A stretch of DNA of 62,744 nt, filler included, from a bacterium (GTDB lineage: Bacteria > JBDRGX01): NCBI GenBank assembly GCA_043817485.1. It is 7 parts of 7 records of this genome, joined end to end, with 100 filler letters (N's around TTAATTAATTAA, not from the genome) between each part and the next. Parts side by side here need not be neighbours in the genome. Positions count along the whole stretch, not along the records: positions 33,510 to 57,811 come from JBDRGX010000113.1; 6 more parts are not named here. One strand, 5' to 3'. Of the stretch, positions 43,004-53,734 are shown one piece after another; within the stretch, counting starts at the first letter, position 1; every line of letters begins with the position of its first letter. Both the position numbers and the translations under genes were made by a program. A model generated the notes under the pieces. The model was not told where the DNA came from, searched no databases, and was given only the letters and a program-made list of their open reading frames with translations.

Positions 43004-43924
43004 TTAAATCTTTTTTATTCTATCAATTAATTCTTGAATATCATCTGAAATAGGAGTTGAAAACATCATTTTTTCTTTTGTTTTTGGATGAATAAATTCT
43101 ATTGTTTGAGAATGTAAAGCTTGTCCAACAAAATCTACTAATTGTTTTTTTGGTCCATACAAAACATCTCCAACTATAGGATATCCAATATAAGAAAGAT
43201 GTACTCTAATTTGATGAGTTCTACCTGTTTCTAAATTTGCTTTAATTAATGTAAATCTATTATTAAATCTTTCAATAACATCTATATAAGTAATTGCTTT
43301 TTTGCTATTGATCATGGTTACTGCCATTTTTTTAAAATTCTTCAAATTTCTTCCTATTGGAGCATTTATAATATTTTGATTTTTTTCTATGTTTCCATAA
43401 ACAACAGCAATATATTCTCGTTTAACTTTATGATATTGAAGTTGTTCTTTTAACCATAGATGACTTGAATTATTTTTAGCTACAAGCATAAGTCCAGATG
43501 TATTTTTATCTAATCTATGAACAATCCCTGGCCTAAAAATCCCACCAATAGAAGACAAATTTTCATTACAATAAGCAAGAAGAGCATTAACTAATGTTCC
43601 TTCAAGATTAGATGAAGTTGGATGAGTAATTTGACCTCTTTTTTTATTAATAACTAATAATTCATCATCTTCATAAATAATATTAAGAGAAATATTTTCT
43701 GGCTTAATATAAAAGCTTTGATCTGAAATTTCTATTACAATTTCATTATTATTTTTAATTTTATAATTTGGTTTTAATATTTTTAAATTATTAACAGAAA
43801 CTAAACCATTTTTAATCATTTTTTGAATATAACTTCGAGAAAAAGAAATTTCTTTTTGAGCTAAAAAAAAATCCAATCTTTTATTTTCATCTTCAACTAA
43901 AGATTTATATGTATGTTTTTCCAA
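43004..43924 (-). CDS. rluD: RluA/RluD pseudouridine synthase
   Basis: S4 domain, RPGIVHRLDKNTSG, TGRTHQIRVH. Confidence 0.92.
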   Translation of the reverse strand: MEKHTYKSLVEDENKRLDFFLAQKEISFSRSYIQKMIKNGLVSVNNLKILKPNYKIKNNNEIVIEISDQSFYIKPENISLNIIYEDDELLVINKKRGQITHPTSSNLEGTLVNALLAYCNENLSSIGGIFRPGIVHRLDKNTSGLMLVAKNNSSHLWLKEQLQYHKVKREYIAVVYGNIEKNQNIINAPIGRNLKNFKKMAVTMINSKKAITYIDVIERFNNRFTLIKANLETGRTHQIRVHLSYIGYPIVGDVLYGPKKQLVDFVGQALHSQTIEFIHPKTKEKMMFSTPISDDIQELIDRIKKI

Positions 43925-44036
43925 AAAAATCCTCTTTTTGTTATTTTATTGTTAATAAATAAGTAGTTTTCAATATAATAGTAATTAATTTTTGTCAAAT
44001 CTTTTGTTTTTTTTGAAGGAATGCAAAATAGATGGG

Positions 44037-44098
44037 TCTTGAACCTACGATTTAAATAGTAGGTTCAATAATCGTCGGTTCAAAAAATCATCGGTTTA
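44037..44098 (-). repeat. TTGAACC-type short array (3 tandem + 1 inverted)
   Basis: TTGAACCTACGATTT / AAATAGTAGGTTCAA / TAATCGTCGGTTCAA / AAAATCATCGGTTTA. Confidence 0.7.
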
Positions 44099-44125
44099 TT
44101 TCTATAATCTTCAAAAATCATAAGT

Positions 44126-45175
44126 TTATAAAGGTAATTTTATAGATTTTCCTTCTTTAGAAGATTTATAAATAGCTTGAACAATTTCTAATGTTATTAA
44201 TCCATCTATTGCTCTAACTCCAAATGAAGGATCTTGATTTTTTCTAACACAATCAGTAAAATGAGCAATTTCGTTTGGATATCCAAGTTCCATTTCTTCA
44301 TCTATTGCTGGCATTGTCCAGCCCTTTGTAGTTTCAGCTTTTTCAATAGCATAAGAATATCCATCTAAACTAAAAACAGAAATTGGAGATCCTTGAGACA
44401 TTTTAATTTTTATAGTTCCAGTAGTTCCATAAATTTCAATAGTATTATCTAATCCTCCACAAGTAATATAATTACCTTCTATAAAAGCCTGAGTATTATC
44501 TTCTAATGTTAAAATAGCACATCCCCAGTCTTCTCCTTCAAAATAAGAATGTTTTAAATTTTGTTCACCACCTTTACTTATTTTTCCAATAACTTCAACT
44601 ACTTCTTTTTCTTTTAACCATCTAACCAAACCAATAGGATGAATAGCTAAATGAATAATAGAACCACCACCACAATATTCTAATTTACGAGCATATTGTG
44701 AATGAGATCCAGGATGACATTCTTTTGCTTTAATATAAAGAACATCTCCAATAGCACCTTCTTTAATAATATTCTTTGCTTTTACTAATGCTGGAGCAAA
44801 AAGCCAATCTTCAGAATACATTAATCTTACTCCATTATCTTCACAAATTGAAATCATTTCTTTAGCATTTTCTAAGTTAGTTGCTAATGGTTTTTCACAA
44901 ATAATATTTTTTTTACCAGATAAAGCAACTGTTTTTACAACTTCACAATGTAAAAAATTAGGAACACAAACACTAACTAAATCAATATCATTTCTTTCTA
45001 ACATTTTTTTATAATCACTATATAAATTGGAAATATTATGTTTAGAACCAAATTCTTCTAAATTATCTATTGCAGCTACAGCAATTACATCAACATAATT
45101 TAATCTTTTGTATGCATCAATATGAAGTGATGCTGAAAATTTTGACCCAATAATTGCTACTCTAACTCTTTCCAT
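44126..45175 (-). CDS. Gfo/Idh/MocA family oxidoreductase
   Basis: VAIIG, CVPNFLH, ICEKPLA, GGGSIIHLAIH. Confidence 0.92.
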   Translation of the reverse strand: MERVRVAIIGSKFSASLHIDAYKRLNYVDVIAVAAIDNLEEFGSKHNISNLYSDYKKMLERNDIDLVSVCVPNFLHCEVVKTVALSGKKNIICEKPLATNLENAKEMISICEDNGVRLMYSEDWLFAPALVKAKNIIKEGAIGDVLYIKAKECHPGSHSQYARKLEYCGGGSIIHLAIHPIGLVRWLKEKEVVEVIGKISKGGEQNLKHSYFEGEDWGCAILTLEDNTQAFIEGNYITCGGLDNTIEIYGTTGTIKIKMSQGSPISVFSLDGYSYAIEKAETTKGWTMPAIDEEMELGYPNEIAHFTDCVRKNQDPSFGVRAIDGLITLEIVQAIYKSSKEGKSIKLPL

Positions 45176-45401
45176 AAAAAAACCTCCTGTTTTTTATTAA
45201 AATATTTGTTAATAATTAAAATTTTCATATTTAAAATATACAATATTTTTTTTGTCAATTTAATAATAAAATTTTTCCCAATTATTATTGTAGTTTTTCT
45301 TGACAAATTATTATATTTTATATAAAAAAATTCTGTTTATTTTATATTTTATCCATTATGAGTAAAATATTTTTTGTTTTTTCATAGGAGTTTAAAATAA
45401 A

Positions 45402-48400
45402 GTGATTAAATTTTTAAAAATATTTTTTTGTTTTATTTTTCTTTTTTCTTCTGTTTTTGCTTCTTTTGAAACCTATCAACAAAAAATTATTCCAGAATTT
45501 GTTAAAGGAAATTATAATTTAGTACAACCAATGCTTATAAATCTTATTAAACAAAATTTAGATGATCCAACAAATGAAGTTTTTTTTAGACATTTGGAAA
45601 ATATTATTGATAAAACTGGAAATTATCAAGAAGCATATAATTTATGTAAATTAATTTTAAAAAATAAAAGCAAAATAATAAATCATAATACTTTATTATC
45701 TCGAGCATTAGCAATGGAAACAAGAATTTTAATTAATCAGGGAAAAATTCAAGAAGCAAAAAAAGAAGTAAAAAAATTAAATTTTATTACTGATTGGCAA
45801 TTTATTGGATCTTTTGACAATGAAGCTGGGTCTGGTTTTAATAAAATATTTCCACCCGAACAAGAAATAGATTTTACAAAAGAATATGAAGGAAAAATTA
45901 AAAAAGTAAAATGGTTCACAATTCCTGTAAATTCTTTATTAGGAAATATTGATTTTCAATCTATATTTTCATCTAATACTGATAGTTTGGCTTATGCTTT
46001 AACTTATATTTATATTCCATTAGAAAAAACTATAAATATTAGAACTGGAAGTGCTGGAGCTATGAAAATATGGATAAATAATCAATTAATTTTTTCTGAA
46101 GAAGAATATAGAAAAGGAGATTTCGATCAAAATATAATTTCTATAAAACTTAATTCAGGTTGGCATAAAGTATTAGTTAAATTATGTGTAAAAGAAGATA
46201 ATTGGAATTTTTATTTTCGACTTACAGATGAAAAAGGATTAGGACTTGAAGGATGTAAAGTAAATGTTAATTTACAACAAAAATTTTTGCAAGAAAAATC
46301 TTTACAAGAAAAACTTTCTTTTAACAAAATACTTCCTAATTCTATTTCTACACTTCAACTTGATGATAAAGAGATGAATTGTGCTTATTTGGGATATCTT
46401 TATTATGATTTAGATTTAAAAGATTTAGCTTTAGAACAATATAAAAAAGCTCAAAAATTAAATTCTACATTCTCATTTTATCCTTTAATGATTGGAACTA
46501 TTTTCGAAGAAAAGGATTCAATAACAGATGCTATTATTTTTTATTCTCAAGCTATTAATATAGATTCAAATTGTTTAGAAGCAAAAAGAAAATTATCTCT
46601 TATTTATGCTAATGAAAAAAAAGATGATATGGCTATAAAATTACTTCAAGAAGTTGTAAAAAGCAATTCTCAATTTATTTTAACTCAATTAAATTTAGCA
46701 AATAAATATTTTATTAAAGGTTGGGAATTTGAAGCAATTTGTCAAAATAAATTAGCTTTATCTTATAATTTTCAAAATGCTTTATCTTATTATTATTTAG
46801 GATATTTTTATGAAGTAAAAGATGATTATAAAAAATCTATTTTTTATTATAAACAAGCATTAAAACGAAATTATTATCTTAATGAAGTAAGAAAATCTTT
46901 GGCTGTTCTTTATTATAAATTAGGTGAAATAAAAAAATCTATAAAAGAATATAAAACTTGTCTTATTTTAAATCCTTTTGATATTTCAGTATATTTTTCT
47001 CTTGGTCAAATATATGTAGATAAAAATGAATATGAAAAATCTTTAAATACTTATTTTGAAATATTAAAAATATGTCCAGATAATGCAAAAGCTTATGAAA
47101 AAATTGGGCTTGTTTATCATTTTCAAAATAAAGAAAAAGAATCTTTTGAATCATGGAAAAAATCTTTAGATTTTGTTCCAAATGCTCCATATTTACGAGA
47201 ATATATTGAATTTTTAAATCCAAATTTTTTAATTTCTTCTGAAGAACAAAAAGAAAATGTTAAAGAAATAATAGAAGAAAAAATAAACATAGAAAATTAT
47301 AAAGAAGCAGATGCTGTAGTTTTATTAGATAAAGTAGAACGAGTAATATTTGAAGATGGTACCAGTAATTATACTATTCATCGCATTATTAAAATATTAA
47401 GTAATGAAGGAAAAAGTAAATATGGAGAAGTAGAAATTGGCTATAATTCAAGTTATCAACAAGCAAAAGTAAGAAAAGCAAGCACTATTAAAAAAGATGG
47501 AACTTCTATCGAAGCTATTTCTATTCGTAATTTAGCTATTTCAGAACAAGATATGTATTCTGATGCACAAGTCGTTTCTATTTCTATGCCATCTTTAGAA
47601 AAAGAAGATGTTATTGAGTATATTGTCACCATAGAGAATTTTGGAGAAAATATATTTAAAAATAATTTTTGGGATACTTTTTATTTTCAAGAACATGATC
47701 CAGTTAAATTAAGTAAATATATATTAACAATTCCAAAATCTTTAAATCTTAAAATTGTTCCACAAAATGTAAATATTATTCCGAAAATAGAAGAAAAAAA
47801 TAATTCTATTACTTATGTTTGGGAAATGAAAAACTCTACAACTTTTATTCATGAAACGATAATGCCTTCAATAAATGATATTCTTCCAAAAATTTCTATA
47901 ACAACTATTGAAAATTGGGATACAGTATGGAATTGGTATCATAATCTTTGTATAGGACAATTTGAACCAGATGAAGAAATTAAAAATCAAGCTATTAAAT
48001 TAACTATAGATAAAAAAACAAAAGAAGAAAAAATAAAAGCTATTTATAATTATATTGTTTCTGAAATAAGATATGTAGGAATAGAATTTGGAATAAATGC
48101 TTATAAGCCACATAAAGCAACAGAAGTTTTGAAAAATAAATATGGAGATTGTAAAGATAAATCTGGATTAATGATTTCTATGTTAGAATCTATTGGAATT
48201 AAAAGTTATATTGCTTTAGTATCTACTATAGATAATGGAGAAGTAAATTTAGATTGTCCTTCTCCTTCTCAATTTAATCATGCAATTGTGGCTATTCCAG
48301 ATGATAAAAAAGAGGATTTTATTTTTGTAGATTGTACTATTACAAATTGGAATTTTGGTACTTTACCAGGACAAATTCAAGGAATAAAATCTTTTATTAT

Positions 48401-49082
48401 TCAAGAAGAATCTGGAATATTTAAAGATACACCAGTTTTGGATTTTTCTCAAAATCAATTTTCGGAAAATGCAAAAATAGAACTTAAAGAAAATGGATCT
48501 ATTAAATCAAATGTTTCTCTTTCTGTTACTGGTTTTTTTAGTGCTTTGTATAGAGAAGCGTTAAAAGATAAAAAAACAGAAAAAGAAAATGTAGAAAGAG
48601 AATCTAATGAAGATTGTTCTGGTGCATCTTTGATTACATATAAAGTTTCTGATATGGAAAATTTAGATCTACCAGTAAAATTATTTTATGAATTTGAATC
48701 TAATAATTTTGCTCAAATAAACAAAAATAAAATAATTTTTCATCCAGTTTTTAGACCAATTAATCTTATTAATTTAGTAGCTAAATCAGAAAGAATTCAT
48801 CCTTTACAATTTGAATTTTTATGGCAATATAAATGTATTTTAGAAATTATTTTTCCGAGAGGGTTTAAAATAGAAAGTATTCCAGATAATGTAGAATTAA
48901 ATACTTCTTATGGTTCTTATACTTTAAAATATAAACTTGAAAAAAATAAAATAATTTGTGAAAGAAATTTTTTTCATACAGCAAAAAAATTAAAACAAGA
49001 AGAATATAATAATTTAAAAACATTTTATGAAAATATTGCTAAATATGAAAAAATGTTAATTATTCTCGAAAAAAATAAATAG
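45402..49082 (+). CDS. Exported TPR + DUF3857 + transglutaminase-like protein
   Basis: Signal peptide, many TPRs, IRYVGIEFG, GDCKDK / FNHAI / FVD triad. Confidence 0.88.
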   Translation: MIKFLKIFFCFIFLFSSVFASFETYQQKIIPEFVKGNYNLVQPMLINLIKQNLDDPTNEVFFRHLENIIDKTGNYQEAYNLCKLILKNKSKIINHNTLLSRALAMETRILINQGKIQEAKKEVKKLNFITDWQFIGSFDNEAGSGFNKIFPPEQEIDFTKEYEGKIKKVKWFTIPVNSLLGNIDFQSIFSSNTDSLAYALTYIYIPLEKTINIRTGSAGAMKIWINNQLIFSEEEYRKGDFDQNIISIKLNSGWHKVLVKLCVKEDNWNFYFRLTDEKGLGLEGCKVNVNLQQKFLQEKSLQEKLSFNKILPNSISTLQLDDKEMNCAYLGYLYYDLDLKDLALEQYKKAQKLNSTFSFYPLMIGTIFEEKDSITDAIIFYSQAINIDSNCLEAKRKLSLIYANEKKDDMAIKLLQEVVKSNSQFILTQLNLANKYFIKGWEFEAICQNKLALSYNFQNALSYYYLGYFYEVKDDYKKSIFYYKQALKRNYYLNEVRKSLAVLYYKLGEIKKSIKEYKTCLILNPFDISVYFSLGQIYVDKNEYEKSLNTYFEILKICPDNAKAYEKIGLVYHFQNKEKESFESWKKSLDFVPNAPYLREYIEFLNPNFLISSEEQKENVKEIIEEKINIENYKEADAVVLLDKVERVIFEDGTSNYTIHRIIKILSNEGKSKYGEVEIGYNSSYQQAKVRKASTIKKDGTSIEAISIRNLAISEQDMYSDAQVVSISMPSLEKEDVIEYIVTIENFGENIFKNNFWDTFYFQEHDPVKLSKYILTIPKSLNLKIVPQNVNIIPKIEEKNNSITYVWEMKNSTTFIHETIMPSINDILPKISITTIENWDTVWNWYHNLCIGQFEPDEEIKNQAIKLTIDKKTKEEKIKAIYNYIVSEIRYVGIEFGINAYKPHKATEVLKNKYGDCKDKSGLMISMLESIGIKSYIALVSTIDNGEVNLDCPSPSQFNHAIVAIPDDKKEDFIFVDCTITNWNFGTLPGQIQGIKSFIIQEESGIFKDTPVLDFSQNQFSENAKIELKENGSIKSNVSLSVTGFFSALYREALKDKKTEKENVERESNEDCSGASLITYKVSDMENLDLPVKLFYEFESNNFAQINKNKIIFHPVFRPINLINLVAKSERIHPLQFEFLWQYKCILEIIFPRGFKIESIPDNVELNTSYGSYTLKYKLEKNKIICERNFFHTAKKLKQEEYNNLKTFYENIAKYEKMLIILEKNK

Positions 49083-49090
49083 AGGTAAAT

Positions 49091-49966
49091 TTGTTTCATA
49101 TTCCAGTTTTAGTTGATGAAATATTAAATGAATTAGATTTAAAAGAAAATTTTATTTTTGTAGATTGCACTATTGGTGGTGGTGGTCATACAAAAACAAT
49201 TTTAGAAAAATTTCCATATGGAAAAATTATTGGAGTTGATCAGGATCAAGATGCTATTTCTTGGTTAGAAAAAGATTTAGGAGAGTATGAAAACAAAATT
49301 TCTTTAATTAATGATAATTTTAATAATTTAAAATTTTTTTTAGCAGAAAAAGAAATTTATGCAATAGATGGTATTTTATTTGATTTAGGTACTTCTTCTT
49401 ATCAATTAAAAGATGAAAATCGTGGGTTTAGTTTTAGAATTAAAGCTCCACTTGATATGAGAATGAATATTAAAGAAGATACTACTGCTTATGATATAGT
49501 AAATACTTTTTCTTTTGAAAACTTAAGAGATATTATTGTGAAATATGGAGAAGAAAGATTTGCTTCTAAAATTGCGCGTTTTATTATTGATAAAAGGCCA
49601 ATAAAAGATAGTTTAGAATTAGCTAATTTAATTGAAAGAGCAGTTGGTTATTATTATAAAAAATTAAAAATTCATCCAGCAACTCGAACTTTTCAAGCAT
49701 TGCGAATAGCTGTTAATAAAGAATTAGAAAATTTAGAATCTGGATTAGAACAAGCAATAATGCTTTTAAAAAAAGATGCAAAAATATTTGTTATTTCTTA
49801 TCATTCTCTTGAAGATAGGATAGCAAAACATACTTTTAAAAAATATAGTAAAGATGATATTTTGGGAATAATTACTAAAAAACCAATTATTCCACAACAA
49901 GATGAAATAATTAAAAATCGTGCAGCTCGTTCTGCAAAATTAAGAATAGGAGTAAAAATAAAATGA
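49091..49966 (+). CDS. rsmH: 16S rRNA m4C1402 methyltransferase
   Basis: HIPVL, DCTIGGGGHT, RGFSF...PLDMRM, TFQALRIAVN.EL, HSLEDR, RSAKLR. Confidence 0.97.
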   Translation: MFHIPVLVDEILNELDLKENFIFVDCTIGGGGHTKTILEKFPYGKIIGVDQDQDAISWLEKDLGEYENKISLINDNFNNLKFFLAEKEIYAIDGILFDLGTSSYQLKDENRGFSFRIKAPLDMRMNIKEDTTAYDIVNTFSFENLRDIIVKYGEERFASKIARFIIDKRPIKDSLELANLIERAVGYYYKKLKIHPATRTFQALRIAVNKELENLESGLEQAIMLLKKDAKIFVISYHSLEDRIAKHTFKKYSKDDILGIITKKPIIPQQDEIIKNRAARSAKLRIGVKIK

Positions 49967-51282
49967 CTAAAAGTGATGTATTGAAAGAAGTAAAAGAAAA
50001 AAATATTAAATTTATTAAACTTTGGTTTGTAGATATTTTAGGCCAATTAAAAAGTTTTTCGCTAATAGATAGAGAATTAGAAAAAGCTTTTGAAGAAGGG
50101 ATGGGATTTGATGGTTCTTCTATTGAAGGATTTGCTCGTATCTTTGAAAGTGATTTAGTTGCGATTCCAGATCCAAAGACTTTTAAAATTTTACCATGGA
50201 GACCGAAAGAAGATGGTGTTGCCCGAATGTTTTGCGATATTTATAATCCAGATGGTACTCATTATGAAGGTGATACTCGTTATATTTTGAAAAAAAATTT
50301 AGAAAAAATCAATAAATTAGGTTATATTTATAATGTTGGTCCAGAATTAGAATATTTTTATTTTAAAAATGATAAAGCCCCAGAAATTATAGATAGAGGT
50401 GGTTATTTTGATGCTTTACCACTTGATGAAGCCCATGATTTAAGAAGAGAAACAATACTTAATTTAGAAAAAATGGGTATTATGGTAGAATATTGTCATC
50501 ATGAGGTAGCTCCTTCTCAACACGAAATTGATCTAAAATATAACGATGCACTTACTATGGCAGATAATGTTATTACTTACAAAGTAGTAGTAAAACAAGT
50601 GGCTTGGGAAAAAGGAATTTATGCTTCTTTTATGCCAAAACCTTTATTAGAAGTTAATGGAAGTGGGATGCATGTTCACCAGTCTTTATTTAAAGATGGA
50701 AAAAATATTTTTTTTGATTCACAAGATTCATATCATCTTTCTCAATTTGCAAAATCATATATTTCTGGACTTTTAACTCATGTTAATGAAATGACAGTAG
50801 TTTTAAATCAATGGGTAAATTCCTATAAAAGATTAGTAGTAGGGTATGAAGCACCAGTTTATATTTCTTGGGCAAGAAGCAATAGGTCTGCTTTAATTCG
50901 AGTACCAATGTATAAACCGGGTAAAGAAAAAGCCACACGAATTGAATTACGATCTCCAGATCCTGCTTGTAATCCTTATTTAGCTTTTTCTATAATGTTA
51001 GCAGCAGGAATGGAAGGAGTAGAAAAAAAATATAATTTTCCACAACCTATAGAAGAAGATATTTTTATGATGAGTGATGATATTAAAAAAGAAAAAAATA
51101 TTAATTCTCTTCCAGGAAGTTTAATTGAAGCTATATCTTTATTTGAAAAAAGTGAATTAATGAAAAAAACTTTTGGAAAGCATATTTTTAATAAATTTAT
51201 TGAAAATAAAAAAATAGAATGGGATAGATATAAAAGTCAAATAACTATTTATGAAATAGAAAAATATTTGCCAATTTTGTAA
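49963..51282 (+). CDS. glnA: Glutamine synthetase type I
   Basis: FDGSSIEGF, HHEVAPSQHEI, NGSGMHVHQS, RIELRSPDP..NPYL. Confidence 0.97.
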   Translation: MTKSDVLKEVKEKNIKFIKLWFVDILGQLKSFSLIDRELEKAFEEGMGFDGSSIEGFARIFESDLVAIPDPKTFKILPWRPKEDGVARMFCDIYNPDGTHYEGDTRYILKKNLEKINKLGYIYNVGPELEYFYFKNDKAPEIIDRGGYFDALPLDEAHDLRRETILNLEKMGIMVEYCHHEVAPSQHEIDLKYNDALTMADNVITYKVVVKQVAWEKGIYASFMPKPLLEVNGSGMHVHQSLFKDGKNIFFDSQDSYHLSQFAKSYISGLLTHVNEMTVVLNQWVNSYKRLVVGYEAPVYISWARSNRSALIRVPMYKPGKEKATRIELRSPDPACNPYLAFSIMLAAGMEGVEKKYNFPQPIEEDIFMMSDDIKKEKNINSLPGSLIEAISLFEKSELMKKTFGKHIFNKFIENKKIEWDRYKSQITIYEIEKYLPIL

Positions 51283-51350
51283 ATTTTTGTAAGTGGGCAA
51301 AAACTATTCAGTGTTTGGTTGTAAAGTTGGTATTATGAAATAAGGAAAAT

Positions 51351-52364
51351 GTGAAAATAATTAATTTATCATTTTTAAAAAAAATTCCATTAACTTGTAT
51401 TTTTGAATTAACATATAATTGCAATCTTCATTGTTTGCATTGTTATGTTGTACCTAAAAAATGCAAGGAATTAAATACAGAAAAAATAAAAGAAATTATT
51501 TTACAATTAAAAAAAGCTGGGACTTTAATTCTTAGTTTTAGTGGTGGAGAAATATTAACACGTCCAGATTTTTGGGAAATAGCATCTTATGCTTCTTCTT
51601 TGAATTTTGCTTTAAATCTTTATACTAATGGAACTTTAATTACACAAGAAGTAGTTTCTAAAATTAAAAAATTGTTAATATATCAAGTTCATATTAGTAT
51701 TTATAGTAGTATTTCTTCTATACACGATAAAATTACTCGATGTAATGGTTCTTTTGAAAAGTCAATTGAAGCAATTACTTTATTAAGACAAAATAAAATC
51801 AAAGTAAAAATAAAAACACCTTTAATGAAACAAAATATTGAAGAAGTAGATAAAATTATTGATTTAGCAAAAAAATTAGATACAACTTATTTATTAGATC
51901 CAACACTTACTTCTTGTCAAAATGGAGAAAAAACACCTTTAAAATGGCGTGTTGGTAAAAAAGATTTAATGAAATTTTATACAAATCCAAACATAATTCC
52001 CAAAAAAGGTGCAAATGTTTTTTATGACAAACAACAAGATTATCCGTGTAGTGCTGGTCATAATTTTTGTTCTATTTCTCCTTATGGAGATGTTTATTCT
52101 TGCTTGCAAATTCCTCTAAAATCTGGAAATTTAAAAAATAAAACTTTTTTTGATATTTGGCATCATTCACCAGTTTTTAAAAAAATAAGAAATATTACTA
52201 CAAACAAATTATCTCAATGTAAAGATTGCAAATATTTATTTGTTTGTTCTCGTTGTGCTGGATTGGCTTATACAGAAGATGGAGATATTTTAGGTCCTTC
52301 TAAAAGAGCTTGTGAAGTAGCAAAAATAAAATGGCAAATAAAACAAGAAAAAAATGGAAATTAA
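51351..52364 (+). CDS. Radical SAM/SPASM domain protein
   Basis: CNLHCLHC; CSAG...GDVYSC...CKDC.....C..C...C SPASM cysteines. Confidence 0.92.
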   Translation: MKIINLSFLKKIPLTCIFELTYNCNLHCLHCYVVPKKCKELNTEKIKEIILQLKKAGTLILSFSGGEILTRPDFWEIASYASSLNFALNLYTNGTLITQEVVSKIKKLLIYQVHISIYSSISSIHDKITRCNGSFEKSIEAITLLRQNKIKVKIKTPLMKQNIEEVDKIIDLAKKLDTTYLLDPTLTSCQNGEKTPLKWRVGKKDLMKFYTNPNIIPKKGANVFYDKQQDYPCSAGHNFCSISPYGDVYSCLQIPLKSGNLKNKTFFDIWHHSPVFKKIRNITTNKLSQCKDCKYLFVCSRCAGLAYTEDGDILGPSKRACEVAKIKWQIKQEKNGN

Positions 52365-52773
52365 AGAATTTCAAAAAAAAATTGAAGAAAAAAACATTTT
52401 TGAATTAAAAGCAATTGGAACAAGTATGCATCCAACCATAAAAAATGGAGAAATACTTTTTTTAAAAAAAACTTCTAATTTTAAAAAAGGAGATGTTCTT
52501 TTTTATTCTTTAGAAAATCGTTTTTTTATTCATCGTTTAATTAAAAAAACTAAAAATGGTTTTTTAGTAAAAGGAGATATGCTACCTAAATTTGATGCTT
52601 TAGTAAAAACAGAAAAAATATTAGCAGTAGTTGAAGCAATAAAAAAAAAAGAAAAAATAATTAAAGAAAATAAATGGAAAAATTATATTTTTGCTATATT
52701 ATCGCAATTTAATTTATTTATATTTGGTTGGAAAATCAAAAAAAAATTTCCAATCTTTTTTATAAAAAAATAA
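52354..52773 (+). CDS. S24/S26-like peptidase-fold protein
   Basis: GTSMHPTIKNGE, GDV, IHRL, KGD; overlaps rSAM stop. Confidence 0.8.
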   Translation: MEIKEFQKKIEEKNIFELKAIGTSMHPTIKNGEILFLKKTSNFKKGDVLFYSLENRFFIHRLIKKTKNGFLVKGDMLPKFDALVKTEKILAVVEAIKKKEKIIKENKWKNYIFAILSQFNLFIFGWKIKKKFPIFFIKK

Positions 52774-52786
52774 TGAAATCTAATCA

Positions 52787-53734
52787 ATGAAAAAAAATAT
52801 TTTAGGAAAAACTGGATTTAAAGTAAGTCATTTAGGATTTGGAACTTTGCCAATGGGGCCTTTACAATTAAATCTTCCTTTGAAAAAAGGTGTTGAAATT
52901 ATTCAATATGCTTTAGAAAAAGGAATCAATTTTATTGATACAGCACATATTTATGGAACTTATAAATATATTAAATATGCACTTAAAAAAGTAAAACAAA
53001 AAGTTTTTATTGCTTCTAAAACAAATGCTAAAGAATATCAAGAAGTAGAAAAACAAATTCAAAATGCTTTAAAACAAATGAATTTAAAATATCTTGATAT
53101 TTTTTTAATTCATGCTCCTCGTATTAATAATCCTTTTGAAGAAAGAAGTTTTGCTTGGAAATGTCTTATAGATTATAAAAAAAAGGGGTTAATTAAAGCA
53201 ATTGGATTATCTTCTCATTCTGTAAAAGCAATAGAATCAGCTTTAGAAATTAAAGAACTTGATATTATTCATCCTTTAATAAATTTTTCTGGACTTGGAA
53301 TTTTAGATGGAACTAAAAAAGAAATGTTATCAGTTATTAAAAAAGCCCAAAAAAAAGAAATTGGTATTTATACTATGAAATCATTGGCTGGAGGTAATTT
53401 GATTGATAATAGAATTAAATCTTTAAATTTTGTTTTGAAACAAAAATCTTTTCATAGTATTATGATAGGAATGGTTAAAAAAGATGAAGTAGATTATAAT
53501 GTGAAATTTTTTAATTTTGAAAAAATACCAAATAAATTATCTCAAGATACAAAAAAACAAACAAAAAAAATAACAATATTACCTTTTTGTAAAAAATGTG
53601 GCAAGTGTATTGATACTTGTCCTAATAAATCTCTTTCAATGGGTGAAAATAAACCAATAGTTAATAAAAGGAGATGTTTATTATGCGGATATTGCACTGT
53701 AGTTTGTCCAGAATTTTTCATACGATTAGCTTAA
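52787..53734 (+). CDS. Aldo/keto reductase with C-terminal 4Fe-4S dicluster
   Basis: LGKTGFKVS.LGFG, GINFIDTA..Y, CKKCGKC...CP, CLLCGYC...CP. Confidence 0.92.
   Translation: MKKNILGKTGFKVSHLGFGTLPMGPLQLNLPLKKGVEIIQYALEKGINFIDTAHIYGTYKYIKYALKKVKQKVFIASKTNAKEYQEVEKQIQNALKQMNLKYLDIFLIHAPRINNPFEERSFAWKCLIDYKKKGLIKAIGLSSHSVKAIESALEIKELDIIHPLINFSGLGILDGTKKEMLSVIKKAQKKEIGIYTMKSLAGGNLIDNRIKSLNFVLKQKSFHSIMIGMVKKDEVDYNVKFFNFEKIPNKLSQDTKKQTKKITILPFCKKCGKCIDTCPNKSLSMGENKPIVNKRRCLLCGYCTVVCPEFFIRLA

Noticed and set aside
51293-51343. 16-codon GTG ORF before the radical SAM gene as a precursor peptide
   Set aside because: No RBS, very short, no leader/core features.
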